NCBI GenBank assembly: GCA_965207455.1
Contig: CBDBMJ010000001.1
Location: forward strand, 704,001 to 768,000
Length of the DNA: 64,000 nucleotides
Direction of reading: 5' to 3'
DNA from: Bdellovibrionota bacterium
GTDB lineage: Bacteria > Bdellovibrionota > UBA1018 > CAIPTA01 > JAALKR01
Within the stretch, counting starts at the first letter, position 1. Each line of letters begins with the position of its first letter. Positions 18,325 through 27,750 of this stretch are shown here, in pieces. The notes beneath the pieces are model-generated. The model had not been told where the DNA came from and did not search any database. It was given only the letters and a program-made list of their open reading frames with translations. The translations under genes were made by a program, and so were the position numbers.

Positions 18325-19782
18325 TTATTTTTTCCATACAGTGGAAATAAGTTCGTCCCTTTCGGCAGCGAGTTCTACTAAGGCAATTTTATAATTTACA
18401 ATGGATTGGCTTTTTTCAGTACGAGACATATAGAGTGCATTGTAATCCTGTATTAGCTGACTACTATCAATTTTTCCCATTTGAAAATCCTTCTCTTCAG
18501 CTTGGACCACACGGCTCCGTAGTTTAGCTTCTTCGATAGCTGCTTTGGCGCCGGCATATAAGTGTTTTATTTTTAAAAGATTAATTTCCAAAGCCTTTAT
18601 TTTCTTTTCTTCTACATCCAATAGATTGGTTTGTGCCTCCTGTACTTGAATTTCTTTAAAGGCTCGTTGGGATTTGTGCAGATTAGAAGCAAAGGGCCAG
18701 GTGAATTCCAAGCCTATGGAATGTGAGGGATTTTCATTGTCTGTGACTTCTCTATATGCTTCCTTAGCCACTGAGTGTACGCCATTTCTTTGGTATTTCG
18801 CCACTAGGTTTAAGGTTGGCAGGGTATTTTGTTGAGTAAAATCTCGCTCTAGCATTGCTTGTTCTAGCCTTAGTTTTGCGCTTTCCACCGCTTTTTTGTT
18901 TTTTGGAGTATTTTTTTTATCCAATGGAGGGAGTTCTTCTTTTACATCAAAATTTATTTTTTCTTGGGGAATATTTAAGAATAGCAATAATTCCTTGGAG
19001 TTTTTCCTGTAGGCAAAGCGAGCAATTTCTAGATTTCTATTTTGGGACTCTAGGACAGCTCTTGCTCTATACAGGTCCGCTTTGGTGGCAATACCTAGTT
19101 TTTCTTTTTTTCTTAGTGTGCGTACAAGTTGCACATATTTATTATAAGCAGATGTGGCATTTTTCAACCGTTGGTTACTCATGTAGGTTTGCCAGAATAG
19201 TCTTGTGGTAGTTAGGAGGAGCTCTTCTATGGATTCTTCTTTATTCAATTCTGCAATTTTTATGTCGTATTTTGCAGACTTTTCTTTACCGCGATCCACA
19301 TAGCCAAAAAAGTTGCGAAGCAATGGTTGCTGTAGGGAAAATTCCAGTTTATTTTCAAATTGTACGGGAGGCGTGCCTAAATTAATAAATGTGGGGTTTA
19401 ACTCGCTTTTTAGTTTTAATTTAGTAAAGGAAAGATCGAGGGCAGTACCCGTGAAAAACTTTTTACGCAAACCTAATTTCCAAGCCGTGGTTCTATCCTG
19501 TTCGTTGGAGAATTTACTAAAGGAGTCTGTACGGCTTTTTTGATAACTAGCGGAGGCAAAAAACTGGGGATCAAAGACTGCTTGAGCTTGACCAAGAGCA
19601 AGCCTTGATTTTTGTGAATTGAATCGAATGATTTGTATTTGTTTATTTTTCTCCCAAGCTAATTTTCGGGCGATCTCAGGATTAAGACTCATAGCAGCAA
19701 GTGAGGTGTGCGGTATGATGAGAAAGATTAAGCTAGTCCATAGAGTAAAAAAATAAAAAAGCATTTCGACCCTCCAATTCAT
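18325..19782 (-). CDS. TolC family outer membrane protein
   Basis: Signal peptide, LEFSLQQPLLRNF, duplicated OEP helical repeats, LPTLNL. Confidence 0.85.
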   Translation of the reverse strand: MNWRVEMLFYFFTLWTSLIFLIIPHTSLAAMSLNPEIARKLAWEKNKQIQIIRFNSQKSRLALGQAQAVFDPQFFASASYQKSRTDSFSKFSNEQDRTTAWKLGLRKKFFTGTALDLSFTKLKLKSELNPTFINLGTPPVQFENKLEFSLQQPLLRNFFGYVDRGKEKSAKYDIKIAELNKEESIEELLLTTTRLFWQTYMSNQRLKNATSAYNKYVQLVRTLRKKEKLGIATKADLYRARAVLESQNRNLEIARFAYRKNSKELLLFLNIPQEKINFDVKEELPPLDKKNTPKNKKAVESAKLRLEQAMLERDFTQQNTLPTLNLVAKYQRNGVHSVAKEAYREVTDNENPSHSIGLEFTWPFASNLHKSQRAFKEIQVQEAQTNLLDVEEKKIKALEINLLKIKHLYAGAKAAIEEAKLRSRVVQAEEKDFQMGKIDSSQLIQDYNALYMSRTEKSQSIVNYKIALVELAAERDELISTVWKK

Positions 19783-19829
19783 GACTGACTGTAATATAAT
19801 AAGATAGGAGTTTCAATAGGATTTAGTCG

Positions 19830-20492
19830 ATGACAGGTAAAATTATACCCTTTCCAGACCCGCGCTATTTTTCTGGCGTAGATGGCATTGTCTATGTTGG
19901 AGGAAGCCTCAATACCCAAACATTGGCACAAGCCTATTCATTGGGTATTTTCCCATGGCCTGTGGAGGGCTATCCCCTACTCTGGCACTGCCCTGAAGAA
20001 CGGGGTATTTTAGATTTTAGCAAACTCCATATACCCAAAAGTCTCCAGCGTTTCCAGCGTAAATCAAACTATACATTTTCTTTTAATCGAGCTTTTCCGG
20101 AAGTTATCAAAAATTGTGCAAAGAAAAAACGTTTGAAGCAGGATGGTACCTGGATTACTCCTGAAATTATTTCTGCGTATATCGATTTCCATAAGGCTGG
20201 CTATGCCCATAGTGTGGAGTGCTGGGATGGGAATAAACTTATTGCAGGCCTCTATGGTGTGTATGTTGATGGCTTGTTTAGCGGAGAAAGCATGTTTGCC
20301 CATGTTTCCAATGCTTCCAAGCTTTGTTTATTGAAGCTTATTGAGCAATTGGATTCTTGGCATCATCAATGGATGGATATACAAATGCTCACTCCTATTA
20401 CAGAAGCGCTTGGTGGAGAGTATATTTCTCGATTGGATTTTTTAAATCGTAAGGATAGGCTACTGGGGAAAAAAAGCAGCTTACAGTTTTAA
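19830..20492 (+). CDS. aat: Leucyl/phenylalanyl-tRNA--protein transferase
   Basis: AYSLGIFPW, GTWIT, AHSVECW, GLYGV, FSGESMF, ASK. Confidence 0.95.
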   Translation: MTGKIIPFPDPRYFSGVDGIVYVGGSLNTQTLAQAYSLGIFPWPVEGYPLLWHCPEERGILDFSKLHIPKSLQRFQRKSNYTFSFNRAFPEVIKNCAKKKRLKQDGTWITPEIISAYIDFHKAGYAHSVECWDGNKLIAGLYGVYVDGLFSGESMFAHVSNASKLCLLKLIEQLDSWHHQWMDIQMLTPITEALGGEYISRLDFLNRKDRLLGKKSSLQF

Positions 20493-20512
20493 GGTCTGTT
20501 GCTATCTTAGGA

Positions 20513-21703
20513 TTAGTTTTTTCGACTGATTTTGGAGAAGGCTTGTAGATGGTATTGGTATACTCGTCCATAGTGAGACACAATATAAAAATTATTTTTT
20601 GATTTAGCAATACTAGCATAAGTGCCTGAAGAATTGCCTAGGCTGGTGAAGTCTAAGAGTTTTCCATTGCTTGCATTGAAGGCATAGATGTAGTTATTGG
20701 AGCTAGCCACTATAAGTGTGTTACTTTTTTTCTTTGCCTTTTTAGAGGAAGGAATGATGGTTATTCCTGTGGGAATTCCCTGAGGTAGTAAAAACTTCCA
20801 ACGGAGTTTCCCCGTTTTTTCATGGATAGCGTATATATGTCCATCTGAGGATGGAAGAAAAACGAGTCTATTTGTAAGACGGGAAATTAAAGGACTGTGA
20901 GCTCCTCCTGCGGGAAATTTCCAAATTAAGGAGCCATTCCTTTTTATATAGCGGAGTTTTCCATCATAGGTAACAATAAAAACCCCTCTTTTCCAAGCAA
21001 CGGGTTTGGCGTTTATATTTTGGAATTTAGGATTATCTTTGTAGCGACTTTCTCGAATTATGGAACCATCATTGGGCTCTAACACCACAAGGGAGCCATC
21101 ACTAAAGCCTACCCAGATTTTTCCCCTGAGAAAGAGAGGGTTGCCTCCTCCCTTAATACTTAAATTTGGATTGTGGCGATGGAAGGCCCATAAGTGTTTC
21201 CCTGTGAAGGAATCCAGTGCGTGTATTGTGTGGTCTTCTGTGTTCACAAATATTCTTCCACCAGCTAATATGGGAGCACCCACAGTCGGAAATTTCAGAT
21301 CGGCACGCCATATCTCTGCGCCACTTTCTAACTTGAGGGCATAAAATCCATTGTCTCCACCCACAAATAAAGTTTTCTTTGTTAGTAGTACACTGGAAGA
21401 GGAACTGCCATATTTTTCTTTTTGCCAAATCACCTCTCCCGTATTTTTATTGAGAGCCATTACCCCAAATCGATCTGAGCTATAGAATAGATAATTCTTA
21501 TAAATTCGAGGACTGGAAAAATTTAAAGCAGGAATACCTGCTTTCATCTTTAACCAAACTTTTTCTGATTCCATATAGGACCAGCCTCTCTGGATAGTGC
21601 CAGGTTTTGTGCGTACTATTTTAAAAGAGGAAGGACTGCAAGCCCCGAGTAAGAACACGGAAACCAATATAAAGAAGTTGTTACGATAGAAAGTATAAGT
21701 CAT
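20513..21703 (-). CDS. bamB: BamB-like PQQ beta-propeller lipoprotein
   Basis: Lipobox LLGAC from ATG 21703; repeated ALxxxTGxxxW blades; directly after a yfgM-like gene. Confidence 0.72.
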   Translation of the reverse strand: MTYTFYRNNFFILVSVFLLGACSPSSFKIVRTKPGTIQRGWSYMESEKVWLKMKAGIPALNFSSPRIYKNYLFYSSDRFGVMALNKNTGEVIWQKEKYGSSSSSVLLTKKTLFVGGDNGFYALKLESGAEIWRADLKFPTVGAPILAGGRIFVNTEDHTIHALDSFTGKHLWAFHRHNPNLSIKGGGNPLFLRGKIWVGFSDGSLVVLEPNDGSIIRESRYKDNPKFQNINAKPVAWKRGVFIVTYDGKLRYIKRNGSLIWKFPAGGAHSPLISRLTNRLVFLPSSDGHIYAIHEKTGKLRWKFLLPQGIPTGITIIPSSKKAKKKSNTLIVASSNNYIYAFNASNGKLLDFTSLGNSSGTYASIAKSKNNFYIVSHYGRVYQYHLQAFSKISRKN

Positions 21704-21710
21704 TGATTTT

Positions 21711-22346
21711 TTAAGGAGTATTTTTAATGCTTTCATACAATACACCAGCAGCTTTTCCATAGTAGGGTTCATTTTTATAGTTTGTTTGAATTTTTTTATA
21801 CAGTTCTTTAGCTTCTTTGTACTTATTTATAGCCTCATAGCAACGTCCTTGGGCCATCCATACTTCGGGACGCAAAAACAGACCGTCCTTTATTTTCACT
21901 GTATTTTCATAGCTTTCAATAGCTTTCTTATAGTTTTTGTTCATTTCGTAAGTAGTGGCTAAAGTATAAAAGGCCAAGGATTTGGAGAAATTGTCGGGAG
22001 CTGCTTCCACTGCCATTTTATAGACTTCTATTGCTGGCGTGTATTTTTTCAGGGCATAGTAAATATCGCCTTTCGCTATCATGGACTGATAGGCTCCACG
22101 GGTTCCTTTATATTGTTCTATAATAGTATCGAGTAAAGGTATCCCTTTAGTAATCTTCTCTTCTTCCTTAATATCTTTGGTCTTTTGATAGGCGGAGAAA
22201 AAAGCGCCGATGGCTTTTTGATCCCTGGCATTTTGTTTCTCTAAAGACATAAACACCAGCACTAAAATCGCAATAACAGCCCCTACAGCCCAGGTAAGAG
22301 ACTTAATATTCTCCGTAAAGAATTTTCCCCAACTACTGTCTTCCAT
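21711..22346 (-). CDS. YfgM-like membrane-anchored TPR protein
   Basis: N-terminal TM plus TPR repeats; yfgM-bamB synteny; RBS GAGGAGG. Confidence 0.75.
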   Translation of the reverse strand: MEDSSWGKFFTENIKSLTWAVGAVIAILVLVFMSLEKQNARDQKAIGAFFSAYQKTKDIKEEEKITKGIPLLDTIIEQYKGTRGAYQSMIAKGDIYYALKKYTPAIEVYKMAVEAAPDNFSKSLAFYTLATTYEMNKNYKKAIESYENTVKIKDGLFLRPEVWMAQGRCYEAINKYKEAKELYKKIQTNYKNEPYYGKAAGVLYESIKNTP

Positions 22347-22545
22347 AACTATTTTACCTCCTCGTTATTTTGTACCTTCTTATGCTAACACTGATAAAGT
22401 GATTTTATAAAAAGGTTTTTATGAAAAGAATTACTGGGTTGCGGAGCGGCGCATGGCATTATGAAGCGCATTTTTATTCAGTAGTTTTTGCTAATAGGAG
22501 GATTTCATTTTTATTTTTAATCACGGGACGTTACACTTTTATATA

Positions 22546-23259
22546 GTGATGATGTATTTTAAACCTCTATTCTTGTGCCTGTTGTGCTTCATCCTTGGCT
22601 CTACCCCCGGGCTTGCTCAAAATGCACCTGAGGGAGAGTACCAAAATCCTTTCTCGGACTATGTTCCCTTTGAAGATGAGTATGAGGTGGACGAAGACGA
22701 GCGTTTTATGTATTTTGGTCGATTTTTTGGGGTAAGTGTGGGTACAGGTTCGCAGTTTTTTGGCGGTAATATCGGTCGTTTATATAACTTAGCTCTTCCC
22801 ACGTTTGAGGTTCGTCTACTCTATTTTTTTGACTTTAGGATGGTGGGACAAGCTTCTGTTAGTTCTGCCAACCACGCATTTCATGCTGTGCCCAATAATT
22901 TTGTAGAGGTAAATCTTTTACGTGTTAATGTGGATTTTAAATATTACCTAGAAACGAGTAATCTTAGTGCTGATCTTACCTCGACTAACCCATACCTTAT
23001 AGCTGGTGTAGGGCAAATAACTCGAACTCAGGTATTTCACGACTTAGATTTTGTGGGAAAAGACAGGGCTTTAGCTATTTCTGTGGGTGGAGGTTTGGAA
23101 ATTGCACTCCAGTCGCGAAAAACTAGCATTGGTATAGAAGCGCGTGTTCACCAAGTTTTCTTCAAGGATCGGTTTGAAGAGGAGTACTTAGCTAGCGGCA
23201 TACCCGATACCACAGGTCCATTGTTCTCTTCTTATGTGGGAATTCTATTCTTTTTCTGA
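22546..23259 (+). CDS. Outer membrane beta-barrel protein
   Basis: Signal peptide, acidic N-terminal region, alternating beta strands (PYLIAGVG, VGGGLEI), C-terminal Phe. Confidence 0.7.
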   Translation: MMMYFKPLFLCLLCFILGSTPGLAQNAPEGEYQNPFSDYVPFEDEYEVDEDERFMYFGRFFGVSVGTGSQFFGGNIGRLYNLALPTFEVRLLYFFDFRMVGQASVSSANHAFHAVPNNFVEVNLLRVNVDFKYYLETSNLSADLTSTNPYLIAGVGQITRTQVFHDLDFVGKDRALAISVGGGLEIALQSRKTSIGIEARVHQVFFKDRFEEEYLASGIPDTTGPLFSSYVGILFFF

Positions 23260-23393
23260 CGATAAGCACAAAAAACACAATGCTTGCAGTCATTTTTCTA
23301 AGAGCTAGTTTTTATTGATTTTTTACCTCTATCTTCATTGTATTTTTAAATTCATTATTTTTTATGCGTCGCATTGATTTTTTTCATGCATCA

Positions 23394-23483
23394 CATTAAA
23401 TTTATTTTATGCAATATATAAAAAATTGTATTGACAGAGTTGATGCCCCTAAGTTAAAAGTCCTAAATTAACTGATTGCACAA
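23394..23483 (+). promoter_or_regulatory. Duplicated promoter block, copy 1 (TTGACA at 23431)
   Basis: Aligns with 24337-24424, including an identical 18-mer AATTAACTGATTGCACAA. Confidence 0.8.
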
Positions 23484-23544
23484 ATAGTATTTAAGGTTAA
23501 GTACTGTAGGTGTAATTACAACAACAATAAAAAGGAGAATAAAA

Positions 23545-24075
23545 ATGAAAATAACAAAAACAATAATATGTGCAACAACATTGGCTTTAGTATCTACAGG
23601 TGCTTGGGCTAGTGATTCATCTGGTTCATTTGGTAACTGGTTTGAAGCTACATCTGGTTCTACTGGTGGTGGAGAGGCAGCTGCTGAAGACAATGAAATG
23701 AGTGACGGTGCTGTTAGCCCTGAAATGAGTAAAAAATGGGGCAGTAGCACTGAAGGATCATCTCAAGGAGTATCTGATAGTAGTGGTAACGTCGTTGAAG
23801 ATGTCGCTGATACTGGAAAAGAAGTTGTTAATACAGGTGAGAAAGCTGTTAGTTCTAGCTTAGATAATCTTGGAGGATCATCTGAAGGAGTATCTGATAG
23901 TAGTGGTAACGCCGTTGAAGATGTTGCTGATGCTGGAAAAGAAGTTGTTAATAAAGGTAAGGATGCTGCTGGTTCTAGCTCGAAGAATGTTTCAGGATCT
24001 TCAACTGGTGAAAATGCTCAACCACCAACAGTTGAGGAAGAAAAAGAACGAGGAATAAACAGACCAAATAGGTAA
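23545..24075 (+). CDS. Secreted Ser/Gly/Glu-rich low-complexity protein with a 40-aa internal repeat
   Basis: RBS AAAGGAG, signal peptide ending AWA, downstream terminator. Confidence 0.8.
   Translation: MKITKTIICATTLALVSTGAWASDSSGSFGNWFEATSGSTGGGEAAAEDNEMSDGAVSPEMSKKWGSSTEGSSQGVSDSSGNVVEDVADTGKEVVNTGEKAVSSSLDNLGGSSEGVSDSSGNAVEDVADAGKEVVNKGKDAAGSSSKNVSGSSTGENAQPPTVEEEKERGINRPNR
23751..23980 (+). repeat. Intragenic direct repeat, 2 x 110 bp with 120-bp period
   Basis: 23751-23860 vs 23871-23980, 11 mismatches in 110 bp by manual count. Confidence 0.95.
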
Positions 24076-24118
24076 TTTATCAATTACTGTTTGACATGTT
24101 ATAGATAGTATATAAAAG

Positions 24119-24147
24119 ATCCCCCGCTTTTTAGGGGGATTTTTTTT
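24119..24147 (+). terminator. Rho-independent terminator
   Basis: ATCCCCC-gcttttta-GGGGGAT followed by a T tract. Confidence 0.85.
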
Positions 24148-24336
24148 GTTCTCAAAATAGCACCTCAGTTCAACAAGCTTTCTTTAGAGTTCGTCTTGAT
24201 TTGATGCGTTATTTCATGACTATGTGCATTTTAAAATGCATGATGCGCACAGTCAGTCTCCTTAAATAACCAGTTTTATTAGCTTTCTAGGTTGATAATA
24301 TTTGTATTTTTAAATCCACCATATTTTAGCTTGATG

Positions 24337-24424
24337 CATTAAATTTATTTTGTGCGATATATAAAAATCTATTGACAGGGTTGATGCTCGTAGGCTAAAA
24401 CTTCAGAATTAACTGATTGCACAA
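24337..24424 (+). promoter_or_regulatory. Duplicated promoter block, copy 2 (TTGACA at 24372)
   Basis: Aligns with 23394-23483. Confidence 0.8.
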
Positions 24425-24490
24425 TTTTCCAATCTCTTTAGAGAGGGGACTTTTGAAACTTTAATAAAGATTTAAGAAGGAAGAAATATA

Positions 24491-24811
24491 ATGAAAAAAA
24501 CACTATCAATTTTAGCTTTGCTTTTGATTTCTTTGAATGCCCCCGCTAATCAATTTCCTCCATCAGATATAGATAATCAATGGGGGGATTTTTATATTCA
24601 AACTGAAAAGGCTTGGAATTACCCACAGAATTCAATGTTTCTTTATACAGCATTTATAAGTGTAGCTATGCTTTGCAAAAAAGACTTGGAAGAAACATAC
24701 CCATACACTCCTGGTGACAAGGTGCAGGTAGAGGATATGGCTACAATTGTAAATGAGCTTTATCACAATCGTGCTTGTCCCAAACAATTAAGAGTAAAAG
24801 AAAGTGAGTGA
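24491..24811 (+). CDS. Small secreted hypothetical protein (2 Cys)
   Basis: Signal peptide MKKTLSILALLLISLNAPA; RBS AGAAGGA; overlaps the next gene. Confidence 0.7.
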   Translation: MKKTLSILALLLISLNAPANQFPPSDIDNQWGDFYIQTEKAWNYPQNSMFLYTAFISVAMLCKKDLEETYPYTPGDKVQVEDMATIVNELYHNRACPKQLRVKESE

Positions 24812-27188
24812 CTCAATCATGAAAAATAATAGTATTAAAAATATAAGAAACATAATCTCCATCACCTTTATAGGGTTGTTTTTTTCTGGAGTAACGCCAT
24901 CCTTTGCTTTAGAGGGGCGAGAACAATATTCTTTTTTAACAGCAAATATTCTTTCTGGCATGGATAAAGATATAGTAAGTGCTTTTTTAGAAAAAATTGA
25001 AAAAACAGTTCCTGATAATTTAAAAGCTTACTTTAAAGCTAAAAATAAGAGTTTTGTTGTTGATTTCTCTAAAACTAAAGAAGTGAAAAGCTTCATTCGT
25101 AGTTTAAGCAACTGTAGCAAAACTGGTTCTTCCTCTGACAGTAGAAAGGAACCTGAAACTTTATTGAGCAAACAGACTGTTTATTCTCCATTTGATAATA
25201 AAAACAACAAAAATGTATCAATTTATTTAGATTATAATTTCTTTATTAATCACAATGATTTCGTTAGTAATACCTCAAAAGTTGGTTGTTCCGATTTTTC
25301 TCAGTATGTTTGGCGTGAAATTCTAGTCCTTCAGAGAATATTTCATGCTTATGATTATATGGAGTATGTTTCTTTACAATACCCATTAAGAGCGAACCTT
25401 GGTTGGGCTTATTTAAATAACTCTTATAAAGCAATCAAAAATGAGATAAGAAAAAGAAAAGGCTTGCCATCAAATCCAGACCCACTTTCCCAGGAAAAGG
25501 AAAACAAGTGGGAATTAGATCTTAGAGAAATATCTAGAGAGAGCTTAATTCATGGGGAGCAATATAGGGACTCTGGGAGAGCTTTTTTATTAAATATAAC
25601 TTATTTCTTCAAAGATCCTGAGTTTTTCTGTCGAAGACCCGCAGCCTATATGCAGTTATCTAAGGAATTTTCTGTTTCCCCTAACAAGGGTGCTTGTAAG
25701 CCCAAAAATTGGGTTTTTGTTGAAAAAGGCAGCCATGTGGGAGCTTCTTGGAGAGAACCAAGCAGATTCAGTCACTCGGTCAAAGAGATAGATCCCAATC
25801 GTATTTACGAGGTTCATTATCTTTTAGCAGATAAGGCTAGTGATAATTTTATTGGCTCATTCGGTCACTCCATGTTTCGTTTCATCGTTTGTGCTCCATC
25901 ACGAAAAGTAGTTGGTCCAGATTGTTTAAAAGATGAAACTCATCATGTAATTTTAAGTTTTCGAATGGACTTGGATTTGGAAGGCATGCATCTTTTGAAG
26001 GCTATGAATGGTAAGCACGTTGGAAGAGCTTTGACGTATTCTTTTGTAGACATAAAAAAAGAATACCTTATTGATGAAAATAGACATCTTTATAGTATAC
26101 CGTTTGACTTTGATGAGTTTCAAAAAAATCAATTTATTTATGCTGCCCTTGAAAGCTATTGGGTTTACTTTGGTGGATATAAATTTCTTAGCTTAAACTG
26201 TGCTACAGAGAGCCTATACTTACTTCGAGTTGTGGATGGATTGGACCCCAAATTTTATGCTCTAAATGATTCTGTTGTTACGCCATTTAATATGTTTGAG
26301 ACTTTAGAAAAATACAATTTTTTCGTTCCGGGTCCTCTTAATGAAGTGAAGAAACATATGGAACAAGTAAAGAAAGAGGGAAATCAAAACAATTCTATGA
26401 GTTTTGAAAGTAAAAAGAATATTGAAGTAAGAGGGATGATTATGTCGATCCCAAATAGTGAAAGTAATATAATGGAAAATCTAATGGAAGATCTTTTAAT
26501 TAATCCTTCTCCGGATATCGCAGATTCTTTCTACTTATTTCGTAGTAAAAACTTAAATTTTGATAGCTTAGTTTATAATAAAGAAGCACGATGGATGATA
26601 GCATGGATTCAGAACTCTGGTTATCCCTTGAACCTAGATGAGAAAAAAGAATTTTTCTCTGAACTCAAAACAAGCGCAGAGGCTCGAAAGGATTTATTCC
26701 AATGGGTTCTCAATAGTAAACTGAACGAAAAAGAAAGAGCACTAACATTTTTAGCAGTAACAGAAAGAACTTATTTAAATAATCTGAAAAAAGGTATCGC
26801 TGAATATTTTGAAATGTTTGTTTCTGCTAGCTATAAAAATATCAAAGAAAATAATGAAATGACAAGTCTTTCCAACTGTCTGGCTCCTTTTGGAAAAGAT
26901 CTAAATAATATTGTCAATTTAAAAAGGCCGTGGAATAATATTTATCCCTTTGCAAGATATGGAACGCCTATGTTTGTTTCACCTAAGAATCTTGAGTTTA
27001 ATGGAAAGAAGATGATTAAATATTATAATGATATGCATTCCTTAGTGAAAAAAATGAAAAAATGTTTTGCAGATTCAGATGAACACGCTGGACGAGTGAT
27101 TAAAAACTCAAGAGTGAAAATGAAAATGTCTAAACGAAACTTAAAGTTTTTCTACAATACTTTAGGTTGGACTTATTTAAATATTTAG
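24804..27188 (+). CDS. Secreted DUF4105 (Lnb N-terminal-like) domain protein
   Basis: VHYLLA, GSFGHSMFRFIVC, YKFLSLNCATE (His/Cys), YFFKDPEFFCRRP; signal peptide if started at MKNNS. Confidence 0.8.
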   Translation: MSDSIMKNNSIKNIRNIISITFIGLFFSGVTPSFALEGREQYSFLTANILSGMDKDIVSAFLEKIEKTVPDNLKAYFKAKNKSFVVDFSKTKEVKSFIRSLSNCSKTGSSSDSRKEPETLLSKQTVYSPFDNKNNKNVSIYLDYNFFINHNDFVSNTSKVGCSDFSQYVWREILVLQRIFHAYDYMEYVSLQYPLRANLGWAYLNNSYKAIKNEIRKRKGLPSNPDPLSQEKENKWELDLREISRESLIHGEQYRDSGRAFLLNITYFFKDPEFFCRRPAAYMQLSKEFSVSPNKGACKPKNWVFVEKGSHVGASWREPSRFSHSVKEIDPNRIYEVHYLLADKASDNFIGSFGHSMFRFIVCAPSRKVVGPDCLKDETHHVILSFRMDLDLEGMHLLKAMNGKHVGRALTYSFVDIKKEYLIDENRHLYSIPFDFDEFQKNQFIYAALESYWVYFGGYKFLSLNCATESLYLLRVVDGLDPKFYALNDSVVTPFNMFETLEKYNFFVPGPLNEVKKHMEQVKKEGNQNNSMSFESKKNIEVRGMIMSIPNSESNIMENLMEDLLINPSPDIADSFYLFRSKNLNFDSLVYNKEARWMIAWIQNSGYPLNLDEKKEFFSELKTSAEARKDLFQWVLNSKLNEKERALTFLAVTERTYLNNLKKGIAEYFEMFVSASYKNIKENNEMTSLSNCLAPFGKDLNNIVNLKRPWNNIYPFARYGTPMFVSPKNLEFNGKKMIKYYNDMHSLVKKMKKCFADSDEHAGRVIKNSRVKMKMSKRNLKFFYNTLGWTYLNI

Positions 27189-27219
27189 TGCCTTTTATTA
27201 TGCCCTTTATGATAGCATT

Positions 27220-27750
27220 ATGGGTATGATTGATGGAAAAATCCATATTCTATTTGTTTGCTTGGGAAATATCTGTCGTTCTCCTATGGCAGAGGCTTTG
27301 TTTAAGCACCATATAAAAGAACAAAGTCTTGTTCAATTCTTCTCCATTGATTCTGCTGGTACAGGATCCTACCATGAGGGAAAGAATTACCATAGCAGCA
27401 CAATTCGTGTGGTTCAAGAAAATGGAATAGAAATTGATGGTCATAGTCGCCCTGTGCAGGCAAAAGATTTTACAAATTTTGATTATATTTTAGCTATGGA
27501 TGAATCGAACTACGATAATCTAGAAACTATGGCAGCAGAAAATCCACAGGTTAAGGCAAAGATAAATCATATCCTAGCCTACTCTACGGAAAGCCATCGT
27601 CATGGGCTTAGTGTTCCCGATCCTTATTTTAGTGGCTATAACGGTTTTCAATCCGTATTTGATTTACTCAACGATGCTTGTCTGGGGTTTCTCCAAGCAC
27701 TGATACAGGAGCATAAATTACTTGATGGATTGGACAGACCTTCAAAATAA
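27220..27750 (+). CDS. Low molecular weight protein-tyrosine phosphatase
   Basis: FVCLGNICRSPMAE, DSAGT, VPDPY. Confidence 0.95.
   Translation: MGMIDGKIHILFVCLGNICRSPMAEALFKHHIKEQSLVQFFSIDSAGTGSYHEGKNYHSSTIRVVQENGIEIDGHSRPVQAKDFTNFDYILAMDESNYDNLETMAAENPQVKAKINHILAYSTESHRHGLSVPDPYFSGYNGFQSVFDLLNDACLGFLQALIQEHKLLDGLDRPSK

Noticed and set aside
22391..22411. CTGATAAAGTGATTTTATAA as a third dif-like site
   Set aside because: Spacer is off by one and the outer arms match neither the XerD arm nor a palindrome.
22440..22471. GC-rich patch TGCGGAGCGGCGCA upstream of yfgM
   Set aside because: Only a 4-bp stem; no recognisable RNA family.
23463..23750. 95-aa minus ORF opposite the secreted repeat protein
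   Set aside because: Shadow of the + strand gene, which has the RBS, signal peptide and terminator.
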